A stretch of DNA of 62,747 nucleotides, the filler included, from Candidatus Babelota bacterium (GTDB taxonomy: Bacteria; JAGOBX01), in the NCBI GenBank assembly GCA_017999075.1. It is 11 parts of 11 records of this genome, joined end to end, with 100 filler letters (N's around TTAATTAATTAA, not from the genome) between each part and the next. Parts side by side here need not be neighbours in the genome. Positions count along the whole stretch, not along the records: positions 29,016 to 33,178 come from JAGOBX010000376.1; positions 33,279 to 37,422 come from JAGOBX010000377.1; positions 37,523 to 41,660 come from JAGOBX010000378.1; positions 41,761 to 45,895 come from JAGOBX010000379.1; 7 more parts are not named here. One strand, 5' to 3'. Of the stretch, positions 30,175 through 41,865 are shown one piece after another. The notes under the pieces were generated by a model that did not search any database, was not told the origin of the DNA, and saw nothing but the letters and a program-made list of their open reading frames with translations. A program made the position numbers and the translations under genes. How positions within the stretch are numbered: the first letter of the stretch is position 1; each line of letters starts with the position of its first letter.

Positions 30175-32997
30175 TTATGTTTTTTTAATCGAATTCAATA
30201 AAACTATAATATCATCCATATTAAAAGGTTTGGAAACATAAGCGTATGCTCTTTTATTATTTTTCAAATCATCCCCATTTAACCCTAATTGCCCGGACAT
30301 AAATATAATAGGTATTGCTCTGTTTAATTTATTGATTTCATCATATATCTGTTCACCATTCATATCAGGCAGTAATAGATCAAGAAATATTACATCAATA
30401 TCAATTTCATTAATTATTTTTAAAGCCTGTTTGCCGGAACTTGCCAGATAAACATTATTAAAACACATTTTATTAAACAATTTTTTAACAATTTCAAGAA
30501 ATAACTTTTCATCATCAATTATCAAAATTTTAATATCATTAATTTTGTCTATATTTACATTTTCTTTATTTATCTTATTTTCTGCATATGATTTATCAGC
30601 AAAAAACGGCAATGTAATGATAAATTTAGCACCGCACATTTCCTTGCTTTCTACCCTGATTGAACCGTTATGATTGCTAATTATCTGATAAGATACGGAC
30701 AATCCTAATCCGCTACCGTTTATCCCAAGATTATCATTCGAATAAACTCCTTTTGTAGTAAAAAAAGGCGTAAATATTTTATTTTGATTTTCCTCACTTA
30801 TACCTATGCCGGTATCCTGAACGGATATAATTTTTTCTGTTTGGGATTCCCGAATTGAAATTCTAATTTCGCCCATACCGTTTTGTTTCATAGCATGACG
30901 CGCATTAATAATCAAATTCAAAAAAACTTGTTGTAATTGTCCTCTATCATAAAATCCTTCTTTTTCCGTATCAGGAGAATAATCTTTTATTATTTTAATA
31001 TTTTCAATTTTCATCTGCCGTTTTTGAATTTTTATAACTTCGTCAATAATCTCTGATATTTTTGTGGGCGAAACATGAGGCTGCAGGGGTTTAGCTATCA
31101 TCATCATACTTTTTACAATTTCAGCTCCGCGTTTGTTAGACAGCAAAATATTGTTTACACATTGCAAAAAATCATCTTCAGAATCTTTTTCAGGTTCTGT
31201 TCCCATAATTTTTAATAGTTGCGCATTACAATCGCTTACAGCAAGTATATTATTGAATTCGTGCGCAATACCAGCAGCAAGCTGTCCTATTGCCGATAAT
31301 TTTTCAGAATGTATCAATTGCTTTTGTAATTTTTTACGTTCAGTTACATCTTTGGCAAACACAAACAATCTGCCTCCGTACGTAGGTATGTATCTTACAT
31401 TTATTTCCAAATCTATAATTTTTCCATTTTTACATTTATGTTTTGTATCAAACTGATCATATCCATTTTTACAAACTTCTGCAATATGATTTTTAATTGT
31501 ATCAAAATTTTCAATTATCTCAACTTCAAAAATCGACATATTTAACAATTCATTACTATTATATCCCATCATTTTATAGTATGCATTATTCGCCTCTAAA
31601 AATTTTCCATGCATATCCAAAATAAAAAAACCGTCTAAAGATGAAAGTATAAAAGTCTGGTATTCTTCTTCTTTTTTCTTTCGTCCTGTAATATCCTGGA
31701 TTGTTGCAATTATAGATATTGTTCTCCCAAACTCATCACATTTAAATTCGCATCTGTGTAATACATATATTAATTCTCCGTCAGGACGTCTGATCGAATG
31801 TTCAAAAGAAATATTTTCTTTCATTGCAGTTATTGTCAAATAATGTCTAACTTCATTTCGTTCTTTATCGGTAACAAGCAATAAAAAATTTTCAAGATCA
31901 GGAACAAATGTATCCGGAGATACTCCAAATATACGGTATATTTCTTCAGACCACTTAAACTTAAAAGTTCCAACATCAAGTTCCCAGTTTCCCATATTTG
32001 CCATTTTCTGAGTTTCACGCAGATGAGCAGTCTGAATTTCGATAAATTTTGAAGTAACTCTTTTTTTTCGAATATATATTATAACTATTAAAACTATCAG
32101 AAAAGATATTACGCAACTGCTAAAAATAAGCATATTGTCCTGATTTTTTATAAGATTCAATACTTCGCTGGAGGATTTTTCAACATAAATAATAAGAGGC
32201 GTGCTCTTAATGTGATGAAAAGCTATAACTTGCTCGATTTTTTCAAAAGTAAATTCTGTAGAAAAAATTCCTTGATCTTTCTCCAAAATACGTTTTAATA
32301 ATTCTGGCGATATCTTTTTATTTTGGACTTTTTCAAGGTTATGCGAACGTGTAACCACTGCTCCGCCAGTATTAACAATTGTAATTACAGCGTCGCCTGA
32401 AAGCTGTAATTGAGATTCAAAGTTGCCAAGAGTTTTTTGCTTAACAGAAATTGCAACAACTCCAAGAAATTCGCCGTTATTGCTATAAATTGGTCTGGCA
32501 AGCGGTAATGTATAACGTTTGGTAACACGTCCAAAAGTAGGTTCATCAATATATAAACGATCTTTGCCGCCATCGGCAAAAAATTTAAAATATTCCCGAT
32601 CTCCAAGATAAATACGCGGTTTAACTTCAGGAGCATCAGTAAATAAAAGGTATCCGTCACGATCAACCAAAACCACTAAAACTTCAGTATCTGACAAAAT
32701 TCCTTTTCTGAAAAAATTTAAATTTTTAAAAAAATCTTCTTTAGAATGAACGAATGCGGTTCGCAATACAATCAATGTATTATCAAATTCGCGTAATCTG
32801 TCAGTAATAGTAATTTCTGAAATTTTTGCCAAATCGGAAACACTCGTATAAAAAGCATTCATACGAATCTCAGCCTGACGCGCCGACTCCCATTTTGCAA
32901 TACCTACCAATATTCCGAAGACTATGACGCCAAGAAATATATAAAATACAAAAAGCAAGTACAATTTTATCTGTTGTTTGTTTTCAGAAGCAGTCAT
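30175..32997 (-). CDS. Hybrid sensor histidine kinase (TM-dCache-TM-PAS-PAS-HisKA-HATPase-REC)
   Basis: LGDREYF cache motif, two PAS domains, AGIAHEFNN, QVFLNLIINA, DTGIGI, GSGLGL, LDLLLPDMNG. Confidence 0.93.
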   Translation of the reverse strand: MTASENKQQIKLYLLFVFYIFLGVIVFGILVGIAKWESARQAEIRMNAFYTSVSDLAKISEITITDRLREFDNTLIVLRTAFVHSKEDFFKNLNFFRKGILSDTEVLVVLVDRDGYLLFTDAPEVKPRIYLGDREYFKFFADGGKDRLYIDEPTFGRVTKRYTLPLARPIYSNNGEFLGVVAISVKQKTLGNFESQLQLSGDAVITIVNTGGAVVTRSHNLEKVQNKKISPELLKRILEKDQGIFSTEFTFEKIEQVIAFHHIKSTPLIIYVEKSSSEVLNLIKNQDNMLIFSSCVISFLIVLIVIIYIRKKRVTSKFIEIQTAHLRETQKMANMGNWELDVGTFKFKWSEEIYRIFGVSPDTFVPDLENFLLLVTDKERNEVRHYLTITAMKENISFEHSIRRPDGELIYVLHRCEFKCDEFGRTISIIATIQDITGRKKKEEEYQTFILSSLDGFFILDMHGKFLEANNAYYKMMGYNSNELLNMSIFEVEIIENFDTIKNHIAEVCKNGYDQFDTKHKCKNGKIIDLEINVRYIPTYGGRLFVFAKDVTERKKLQKQLIHSEKLSAIGQLAAGIAHEFNNILAVSDCNAQLLKIMGTEPEKDSEDDFLQCVNNILLSNKRGAEIVKSMMMIAKPLQPHVSPTKISEIIDEVIKIQKRQMKIENIKIIKDYSPDTEKEGFYDRGQLQQVFLNLIINARHAMKQNGMGEIRISIRESQTEKIISVQDTGIGISEENQNKIFTPFFTTKGVYSNDNLGINGSGLGLSVSYQIISNHNGSIRVESKEMCGAKFIITLPFFADKSYAENKINKENVNIDKINDIKILIIDDEKLFLEIVKKLFNKMCFNNVYLASSGKQALKIINEIDIDVIFLDLLLPDMNGEQIYDEINKLNRAIPIIFMSGQLGLNGDDLKNNKRAYAYVSKPFNMDDIIVLLNSIKKT

Positions 32998-33376
32998 TCT
33001 ATCATATCTCCTATGTTATAAAAGACATTTCTGGTCAATTATTTTTTTATGGAAAACACAATGAACATTTAACAGTGAAAACCAACAATTTGATTTAACA
33101 GAAACATTTCAAAATAGCCGCTTATCCATTTTTTACAAAACATATATTAAATAATAATTTTGTATAAATCTAAAATCANNNNNNNNNNNNNNNNNNNNNN
33201 NNNNNNNNNNNNNNNNNNNNNNTTAATTAATTAANNNNNNNNNNNNNNNNNNNNNNNNNNNNNNNNNNNNNNNNNNNNACCGGATATATGTTGAAACCAA
33301 ATATTATTGAATTGAAGAAAGATTCATATAATAAATTCGGTATTATGTTGGAAATTCAATCTTTTTCTGATAAAAA

Positions 33377-34609
33377 ATGAAAAACATCCCAGAGATTAAT
33401 GCCCCGGCAGGTAATTTAGAAAAATTAAAATTTGCCATTGAATACGGAGCAGATGCAGTTTACATATCAGGTAAAAATTTCGGATTAAGAAAATTTGCAG
33501 GCAATTTTTCTAATGAAGAAATAATCAATGCGGTAAAATATTCTCATTCAAGACACACTAAAATTTATTTGACTTTGAATATTTTCGGTAATAATTCGGA
33601 TTTTGGACAACTTGGAGAATATATTGATTTTTTGAGTGAAAATAAAATTGATGGAGTTATAATAAGCGACCCGGGAATATTTTATTATGTAAGGAAAAAA
33701 CATAATGAATTACCGGTATTTATCAGCACTCAAGCAAATACATTGAACAGTTATTCAGTTCATTTTTGGAAAGAACTTGGAGCAAGGCGGATTATTTTAG
33801 GAAGAGAACTATCTCTTGACGATATAAAAAAGATAAAAGAAGAGGTTGAAGAAATAGAACTTGAACTGTTTGTTCACGGGGCATTATGCATATCATATTC
33901 AGGACGATGTTTTTTGAGCAAATATATGACTGGAAGAGACGCTAACCGCGGAGAATGCACGCATCCTTGCCGCTGGAAATATTATATAATGGAAGAAACC
34001 CGTCCCGGAGAATATTATAAAATTGAAGAAGAAGAAAGTGGAGCATATATTTTTAATTCCAAAGATTTATGCTGTATTTCTATTCTTGATGAAATTTGTT
34101 CTTCCGGGATAAGCTGTTTAAAAATAGAAGGAAGAATGAAAAGTGTTTATTATACCGCAATAACAACTGCTGTATATAAAAATGCAGTGAAAACACTTTA
34201 TAAAAATGAGAATGAATTTAGAACAAAATTAAATTTTTATATTGAAGAATTAAAGAAAATAAGCAACCGCCATTATACTACTGGTTTTTATCAGGGAAAA
34301 ATACCAGAGGCTGATTCGTATAATTATTCTGATTCTTCATATCACAGAAATTATGATTTTATCGGGATAGTAAACGGCTTTGATGAATTGTCAGGGTTAT
34401 ATGAAATAGAAATAAGAGGGAAACTTTTTAAAAATGATTTTATAGAAATCGTCAACAAGAACCTTGATTTATACGCGCTTCATGTCGAAGAATTATACGA
34501 TAAAACAGGTATGCCGGCAGATTACATTAATCCGAACCAAAATTGCAAAATCAAATCTAATATATTATTAAATAAATTTGATATAGTGAGAAGAAAGAAA
34601 AATGACTGA
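33377..34609 (+). CDS. Peptidase U32 family protein (TrhP-like tRNA hydroxylation)
   Basis: APAGN, GADAVY, ELFVHGALCISYSGRC...NRGECTHPCRW, LKIEGRMK. Confidence 0.9.
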   Translation: MKNIPEINAPAGNLEKLKFAIEYGADAVYISGKNFGLRKFAGNFSNEEIINAVKYSHSRHTKIYLTLNIFGNNSDFGQLGEYIDFLSENKIDGVIISDPGIFYYVRKKHNELPVFISTQANTLNSYSVHFWKELGARRIILGRELSLDDIKKIKEEVEEIELELFVHGALCISYSGRCFLSKYMTGRDANRGECTHPCRWKYYIMEETRPGEYYKIEEEESGAYIFNSKDLCCISILDEICSSGISCLKIEGRMKSVYYTAITTAVYKNAVKTLYKNENEFRTKLNFYIEELKKISNRHYTTGFYQGKIPEADSYNYSDSSYHRNYDFIGIVNGFDELSGLYEIEIRGKLFKNDFIEIVNKNLDLYALHVEELYDKTGMPADYINPNQNCKIKSNILLNKFDIVRRKKND

Positions 34610-36788
34610 AAAAACATATTTGCCAGGATTGCATGAAAAGAACATCAGGATAATATACACAATACTGCTATCCGGACTGACTGCCGCAATAATGGTTTTC
34701 AGCACGTTAACCAGAGACTTAGGTCTAATAAAAACAGTACTATCAAACTTAGCGATAGTTTTAGCTGCTATATTATTTTTATATTTAAGTGTTGTTAAAC
34801 GCATTAATTTTTATTTCAGCAGCGATACAATCATATTATTTCTAATTTTTGTAATTTACGTCGCTTTTAATTTCATATATTCGCAATTTAATGAATGGAA
34901 TATAGATTTATTTCCTAATGGATTAAAAACCTTATTTGAATTTGTGCTGGTTTTTATTTTAACTGCATTGGTTTTAAATTCTGTTTACAGAAAAAAAAAT
35001 CTGGAATTGTATTTTTATTTAATAAATATTTTGTCTTGGATTATAGTTGTGTATTCATACTTACAGGCAGCAGGTATAGATTTCCACCTTATGCCTGAAT
35101 CAGTTATTACTGCGACTTTCGGCAACAAGAATTTTTATTCTAATTATATAATGTTTTCTATATATCTGCAGGCTGCAGGGTTATTATATATCGCTAAAAA
35201 AAAATTCAGAATATCAGCGGCAGCATGTATTTTAAACCTTTTTGTTTTTTTAATACTTACAAGATCCCGCGCAACATGGCTTGCTTTTGCAGCTACTTCT
35301 GCAATAGCCGGAATACTAATTTTTATAAAATTTAAAAAAACAAGGATCTACATTTTTTTGTCTGTTTTAATTTTATCTGCCTTAATCATTATTGGATTAA
35401 ATATTGAAGGTTCACCGATTATAAAAATATCAGAACAATTAAAAATTTTGTATTCGGCAGGATATGATACTTCGAAAGTCCGTATACATACTTATTTATC
35501 TGCTGCGAGAATTATAAGAGATAATTTTATTTTTGGAATAGGACCTGGAGCATACCATCCTGTAGATCCGTTTTACAGAACGCCGCTATATTTATATTAT
35601 GGAATTGCTAATAATGAAGTTCATTCGCATTCGGAATACTTACAGATATGGACAGAAACAGGAACAATAGGAATAGTTTTATATCTATTGTTGTTTATTA
35701 ATTTGTTTTTTAAAACAATGCATTATTATTTTAAAAATCCTGATAAGTCTAAAGCCGTATCAGTCTTATTTATATTTTTATCTTTAATAGGCACCTTGAT
35801 AGAAAATGCTTTTGGAGTGAATTTAAGAATTACTTCTACAGTGATAATGTTTTGGTTTTGTTTCGGAATTCTTATTTGGATTATTGAAGAAAAAAACTCG
35901 GGAATAATAGCGGAAAAATCCAAATCATATAAGAAAATAAAGTGTAATTGGTTTTATACGATTTTGTTGGTAATTATGCTGGCTGTATTCATATTTCAGA
36001 TAAAATTATATTACGGGAATTTTCAGTGCGAAATGATAATGCAGGAAGCAACAAGTTATGAACGGCCTGACAGTAAGTTTTTAGATTCTTCGGGAAAAGA
36101 AATACCGTATGCGCGGTATAATTATCTTGTTGAATTTTATAATAAATCTATTGAGTTTAGTAAATATAATCTTGAATCTTATTATAAACTCGGACATGCA
36201 TATTATAATTTGAATATGTTTGATAAATCGCTGGAAGTTTATAAATATTTATTCAGGTTTGCGCCGTATTATGCCAATATAAATTATAATATAGGGTTGT
36301 GCTATTATGGAAAAAATAATTTGCCCGCTGCAATATATTATTTGAAACGTGAATTGTATTCTAATTCAACAATCGATAATTATAAACAATTATATCATTT
36401 TATAAAACAATTAAATCCTGAGAAAAATAATACGGCTGTTTTAAGGTCGGGTTTATGGGCTGAAAATGATAATGTTATTTATAGATCTCTTATAGCATAT
36501 GAGTATTTGAATTATGCCCAATATTTTGATTCTATTGATCAATACCGCATAATATCTCTTATGTATTCTAATGATGAATACGATAAATCAGGAAGATTTA
36601 TAAGGAATCCTGCTTTATCTAAAATTCAAAAGCTTGAATCATTGAAAAATATAGGAGTAATATATTATAATTTTTTAAAGAAACCAGAGTATGCAAAAAA
36701 ATATTTTGAATATTATATTTTGAAAACAGATAATTCTGAAGAAAAACAGAAAGTTCAGAATATTGTGAATATGATAAACCGGAAATAG
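34602..36788 (+). CDS. O-antigen ligase/Wzy_C family membrane protein with C-terminal TPR repeats
   Basis: ATFGNKN, LTRSRATW, FGIGPG, HSHSEYLQ motifs; TPR-like helices (YYKLGHAYYNL; NYNIGLCYY). Confidence 0.85.
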   Translation: MTEKTYLPGLHEKNIRIIYTILLSGLTAAIMVFSTLTRDLGLIKTVLSNLAIVLAAILFLYLSVVKRINFYFSSDTIILFLIFVIYVAFNFIYSQFNEWNIDLFPNGLKTLFEFVLVFILTALVLNSVYRKKNLELYFYLINILSWIIVVYSYLQAAGIDFHLMPESVITATFGNKNFYSNYIMFSIYLQAAGLLYIAKKKFRISAAACILNLFVFLILTRSRATWLAFAATSAIAGILIFIKFKKTRIYIFLSVLILSALIIIGLNIEGSPIIKISEQLKILYSAGYDTSKVRIHTYLSAARIIRDNFIFGIGPGAYHPVDPFYRTPLYLYYGIANNEVHSHSEYLQIWTETGTIGIVLYLLLFINLFFKTMHYYFKNPDKSKAVSVLFIFLSLIGTLIENAFGVNLRITSTVIMFWFCFGILIWIIEEKNSGIIAEKSKSYKKIKCNWFYTILLVIMLAVFIFQIKLYYGNFQCEMIMQEATSYERPDSKFLDSSGKEIPYARYNYLVEFYNKSIEFSKYNLESYYKLGHAYYNLNMFDKSLEVYKYLFRFAPYYANINYNIGLCYYGKNNLPAAIYYLKRELYSNSTIDNYKQLYHFIKQLNPEKNNTAVLRSGLWAENDNVIYRSLIAYEYLNYAQYFDSIDQYRIISLMYSNDEYDKSGRFIRNPALSKIQKLESLKNIGVIYYNFLKKPEYAKKYFEYYILKTDNSEEKQKVQNIVNMINRK

Positions 36789-36791
36789 GAA

Positions 36792-37422
36792 ATGAAATTA
36801 AAAAAAATTTTTATAAGAACTGCCGTTGTAATATTTTTTTTATTCGTGGCAACTATATCAGGCATTTTTATTTTTCATAAACCAATATTGAATTATATTC
36901 AAAAAAAAGCTTTTAAATACGCGCTAGCCAGGGTTCACAGGGAATTCAAAGATTTAATAATAAAAGTGAAAAATTATGAATTTGATTGGGATAACCGGAG
37001 AATAATTGTCGAAGGAATATACCTGAATTCCAAGACTGGATTAGACGGGTTTATATCTAAAATAATATTTCAATTTGATTTTTCCGATAAATTATACCCT
37101 GTTTCTGAGATTAAAATTTTCGATATTAATTTATACACATCTGCTGATTTTAAGGTTTTATTAGATAAACTTAAAAATCTTAAAATTGAACCAGATACTT
37201 CTAATTCTACATTTTTTGTTAAAAATATCAAAGTGAACAAAATCAATGCGGTTTTATATGATACTTTTTCGGATATAAAATACAGATGGCGGGATATAGA
37301 AGTTAATCTTTGTTTCAAATACAAGCAAGTAGAAAAACTTCATATTGATTCTGGAAAATTTTCATTTTTGATTTTAAATAAAGGAATATTGAGTTTGCTT
37401 GAAAAACAAAAGTTAGCTTCCG
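36792..37422 (+). CDS. Hypothetical membrane-anchored protein (possibly AsmA/TamB-like N-terminus), 3'-truncated
   Basis: N-terminal TM helix followed by beta-rich sequence. Confidence 0.5.
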
Positions 37423-37523
37423 NNNNNNNNNNNNNNNNNNNNNNNNNNNNNNNNNNNNNNNNNNNNTTAATTAATTAANNNNNNNNNNNNNNNNNNNNNN
37501 NNNNNNNNNNNNNNNNNNNNNNA

Positions 37524-39020
37524 TATTTAACTCTTCAAACAGAACTCAATTCCGAACAGCGTAAAAATCTTGAAAATATAAGCTATACCGCAAAATCTCT
37601 GTTAAGAATAATAAACGATATACTTGACATAAGTAAAATAGAAGCAGGTAAGATAGAAATAGAAAATATTGAATTTTCAATTGACAGAATGGTGGAAAAT
37701 GTCTCATCGATTATTTCAGTTAAAAGCAAAGAAAAAGATATTGAATTCATAACTCATATATCTTCAGATGTTCCAAATATGCTTATAGGTGACAGTTATC
37801 GGATCGAACAGATACTAATCAATCTTCTTAACAATTCCGTTAAATTTACTGAAAAAGGAGAAATAAAACTTTCAATAACTTTAGAAACAGAAACTGAAAA
37901 AAATGCATCTGTAAAATTTGAAATCAGTGATACTGGTATTGGAATGAACAATGAGCAGCTTGATAAAATGATGCTGCCGTTTATGCAGGCTGACTCAAGC
38001 ACTACCCGAAAATACGGAGGAACAGGTTTAGGAATGACAATAAGCAACCAGCTAATCAAATTGCTGAATGGAAAATTAACTGTCAATAGCGCTCAAGGCA
38101 AAGGAACAGTATTTTCTTTTATCTTAACTTTTAATAAAGGTTCAAAAATTAATATTAAATCACAGGGAGCTTTCAAAAATAAAAAAGCAATGGTGATTGA
38201 CGATAACCACACTGCATTAAAAATAATGCGCGAAATTCTTCAATCTTTCTCTGTTGATACAACTTTGGCTTCATCAGGAAAATCAGGAATTGAGGAATTG
38301 ACAGCAGCGATTGAAAAAGGAGTTTCTTATGATATTGTTTTTATTGATTGGAAAATGCCTTCAATGGACGGAATTGAAACTATCAGAAAAATCAATGAAA
38401 TTTTGAAAGATGATAAAAGACCGGCGATTGTAATGTTTTCAGCTTACAATAAAGATAAATTAACTAATGAAGCTAAAGGATTAGGAATAAAAGATTTTAT
38501 CGTTAAACCTGTTAACAGATCAATAATATTTGACAGTATGTCTAAAATTTTTTCAAAGGAATTAAGCGGCGCAGCTTTAAAATATACAGGCAGAGGAAAT
38601 TTATTTGATCCTGTTTTCATGAATAAAAATTTTCTGCTTGTAGATGATAATGAAATAAACCTTGAAATTATCATAAAACTGCTAATTTCATTCGGATGCC
38701 GCAATGAAAATATTACAGCCGCTAAAAACGGTGTAACCGGCTTGAATATTGCCATGGATAATAAATTCGACTGCGTTCTGCTTGATATTCATATGCCGTT
38801 GATGAACGGATACCAGGTTGCTGAAAAACTAAAAGAAAATGAATACTACAAAAACATCCCTGTAATAGCAATGACTGCCGACGCGTCTGAAAGCGATAAA
38901 ATTAAATGTTTAAATGCCGGGATGTGCGATCACATTGCAAAACCCATTATTCCTGAACTACTGAAAGACACGCTTATAAAAAATTTAAATAAAAACAGGC
39001 AGGAAAAATATGAAAAATAA
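37524..39020 (+). CDS. Hybrid histidine kinase (HisKA-HATPase-REC-REC), 5'-truncated
   Basis: Frame open from the contig start: LLRIINDILDISKIEAG, QILINLLNNSVKFT, DTGIG, GGTGLG, two REC domains (DWKMP, DIHMP). Confidence 0.93.
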   Translation, partial: YLTLQTELNSEQRKNLENISYTAKSLLRIINDILDISKIEAGKIEIENIEFSIDRMVENVSSIISVKSKEKDIEFITHISSDVPNMLIGDSYRIEQILINLLNNSVKFTEKGEIKLSITLETETEKNASVKFEISDTGIGMNNEQLDKMMLPFMQADSSTTRKYGGTGLGMTISNQLIKLLNGKLTVNSAQGKGTVFSFILTFNKGSKINIKSQGAFKNKKAMVIDDNHTALKIMREILQSFSVDTTLASSGKSGIEELTAAIEKGVSYDIVFIDWKMPSMDGIETIRKINEILKDDKRPAIVMFSAYNKDKLTNEAKGLGIKDFIVKPVNRSIIFDSMSKIFSKELSGAALKYTGRGNLFDPVFMNKNFLLVDDNEINLEIIIKLLISFGCRNENITAAKNGVTGLNIAMDNKFDCVLLDIHMPLMNGYQVAEKLKENEYYKNIPVIAMTADASESDKIKCLNAGMCDHIAKPIIPELLKDTLIKNLNKNRQEKYEK

Positions 39021-41660
39021 TTTTAACTTTTTTATCGGCAAAATTGTTTTATGTGTTTTTCTTATTTTAACTCTACTGCTAATTAATTATTTCATTGATA
39101 TTTTCAACAATTCTATAACTGTCAGCGATAACAGTCAAATGATTACTTTAAAAAATATATCCGAAGAATTTTTTGAAAATGCATTTAATTTAAACGGAGT
39201 TATTGCATCCGAAGAAATCATTAAAAAATGCCTCACAGATAAAAGAGATTGGAATTCTTATATAAAAGAATACAATAAAAAATATGCAGTGAAAAAAGGT
39301 ATTGATAAAAACAGCGGTCTTGAATATCTGGCCGGAATACATAAAAATTATCAATTTATAGAATTACTGTTCTTGCAGGATATGGATGGAAAACAGAAAG
39401 CGAGAAGTTTCGGTCCATTAGGCGACAGGAAAGACAGATGGTGGTTCAAAAGATATCTTGATAATATTTTCACGCCGTTTGTTTCAAAATCTTATTATTC
39501 AAAAACAGGTGATATTCCGGTAGTTTCGATATTTCATACTGTTTTCGATAATAACGGCAATCATATTGGAGTTATTGGAATGGATGTCAACCTTAACAAA
39601 CTCCGGGATAAAATACTAAAATCTGTATATTCAGAAGATAAGATATGTATGCTTATAGATAATGAAGGAATTATTATTGTACATCCTGATTCTTCTGTTA
39701 TTTCAGAAATATACAATCTGAAAAAAATGGAAAAAGAAGAATTGGTTAGAGATGAAAAAGGAGCAACTTTACAGGTTATAGACGGACATCATAAAACCAG
39801 AATTGCCGCAATCAACTGGGATGAAAGAATACCTGGAATAGTCAATGATATTCTGAATGGCAAATCAGGTGTTTTTAATGATATATCAATAAATAATAAA
39901 TCATACACTCTATTTACTGAAAAAATAAAGATGCCTGGTTCTAATTTTCAAGGAGGTCAGGATAATTTTTTTGGAATACTTCTTCTTAAACCTCAGCCAC
40001 CTTTATATTCAATTCTACTTATCAATAAATTTTTTATTTTTTTTATCACATTTTTATTTTTTATTATGATTTATATTGTCAGCAGCAGAGAAAGCAAACA
40101 AAATATTTTAGAAAAATTTGCAGTTATATTAAACAAACATAAACCAGATTCTATTGATACCAAATCAAGGAATGCAAACCTGACAAAAACGCTTTTAAAT
40201 ACATTCGAAACCGAATTATTTAAAAATGAAAAAAATATTGAATGTATAAAATATAACGATGAAAAAGATAAAATTTATCAACAAAAAATTTCCGAACACG
40301 AAAATCTAATTAATTCTTTTAAAACAGAAGTTACAGAATTAAAAAAAGAACTGTCAAAATTTAAACCAGCTATGAGCAGCAGTATGTTTGCAGTCGCCAT
40401 AACTGATATTCTCGGCAATATTGTTTATGTAAATAAATCTTTTGAAGGGTTGACAGGATATAAATTTGAAGAAGTAACCGGTAAAAATCCGAGAATCCTG
40501 AAAACAGAATATCATTCGCAATATTTTTATAAAGAAATGTGGGACGCGATTACTTCAGGAAAAATATGGAGAGGAGAAATACTTAATAAACGTAAAAATG
40601 GAGATACATACTGGGAATATATGACAATTACTCCTTTGTATGACGAAAATGCAGATAAAATAGCATTTTTTATGGCTATAAAAGAAAACATAACTGAAAA
40701 GAAAAAAAAACAGCTTGAAGCCGAAAAAAAACAAAAAATTGAAATAAAATTTTATAAAGAACAATTGGAATTTGTCTCAAGAGCATTAAATGAACTCAAA
40801 AATGTCTTGACTAATATTATTGATAATCCTGATAAAAAATTTAAAGACAGGGATTATGAAAATCTTACTGCAATAATAAAATCAAATTCTTCAATGATAA
40901 ACGAATTACTTGAATATTCTCATTCAGATTTGCAGTCCGATAGATTGGCAGAAGTAATTTTTAAACTTTCCGACGAATTTGACAAACTGAAAAATATTAT
41001 TGATTCCAAAATTAAAAATAATGATATTTCATTTACTATTTCATATTCGGCAGAACTTTCAAAAAAAATGAAGGGTTATTTTAATGGAATATATCAATCT
41101 GTAATAATTCTTATGGATTTTATGCTGATTAATATGGATTCAGGAAATATTGCTCTTACTGCGGAATTAGCCAATGAAACGGAAAACAAAATTTTTGTAA
41201 AATTTTTATTAAACTGGAATATTTTTGAGCGTCATACTTCATTGAATCTCGATAATCTTGCCGAAAACACACAGACTGAAGAAACAAATCAGTATTGGCA
41301 TATTTTTTACGTAAAAAAATTACTTGAACTTATAAATTCAGAACTTTTTTTTGAAAAAAATAATAATAATTCGTATGTATTCGGTTTTTGTAAAGAGTTT
41401 AAAATATTTGAATATGAACCTGACAACAGTAATAATGATTTGTATGATTATGATAGAAATGATTTAAAAAATAAGCTTATTATGCTTGAAGGTATTGATT
41501 ATACTCACGGAATGAAAATTGTAAACAACAACACTGAAGTTTATTGCAGAATTTTGAAAATGTTTTACGAACGGCAATGCGAGTATATTAACCAGCTTGC
41601 AAAATTATCTATTCCTCAGGATATACGCAAAATAAGAGATATAATTCATACTGTAAAAGG
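39010..41660 (+). CDS. dCache-PAS sensor with degenerate kinase core and C-terminal Hpt domain, 3'-truncated
   Basis: DRWWF cache motif; PAS (YVNKSFEGLTGY..GKNPRILK); H-box reads ALNELKN; Hpt (GIDYTHGM...IHTVKG). Confidence 0.75.
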
Positions 41661-41865
41661 NNNNNNNNNNNNNNNNNNNNNNNNNNNNNNNNNNNNNNNN
41701 NNNNTTAATTAATTAANNNNNNNNNNNNNNNNNNNNNNNNNNNNNNNNNNNNNNNNNNNNTTTTTTTTTATTTGCATAGTTCCACCTCTTAATAAGAATT
41801 TTTATAATATTTTTTTTAATATGTCAATATTTATATAATTCAAATTTTTAGTTGGCAGTCACGAT

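Noticed and set aside
33126-33165. CCATTTTTTACAAAA match to the reverse complement of the MITE left arm
   Set aside because: Only 15 bp of low-complexity AT-rich match with no terminal repeat, and it lies at a contig end.
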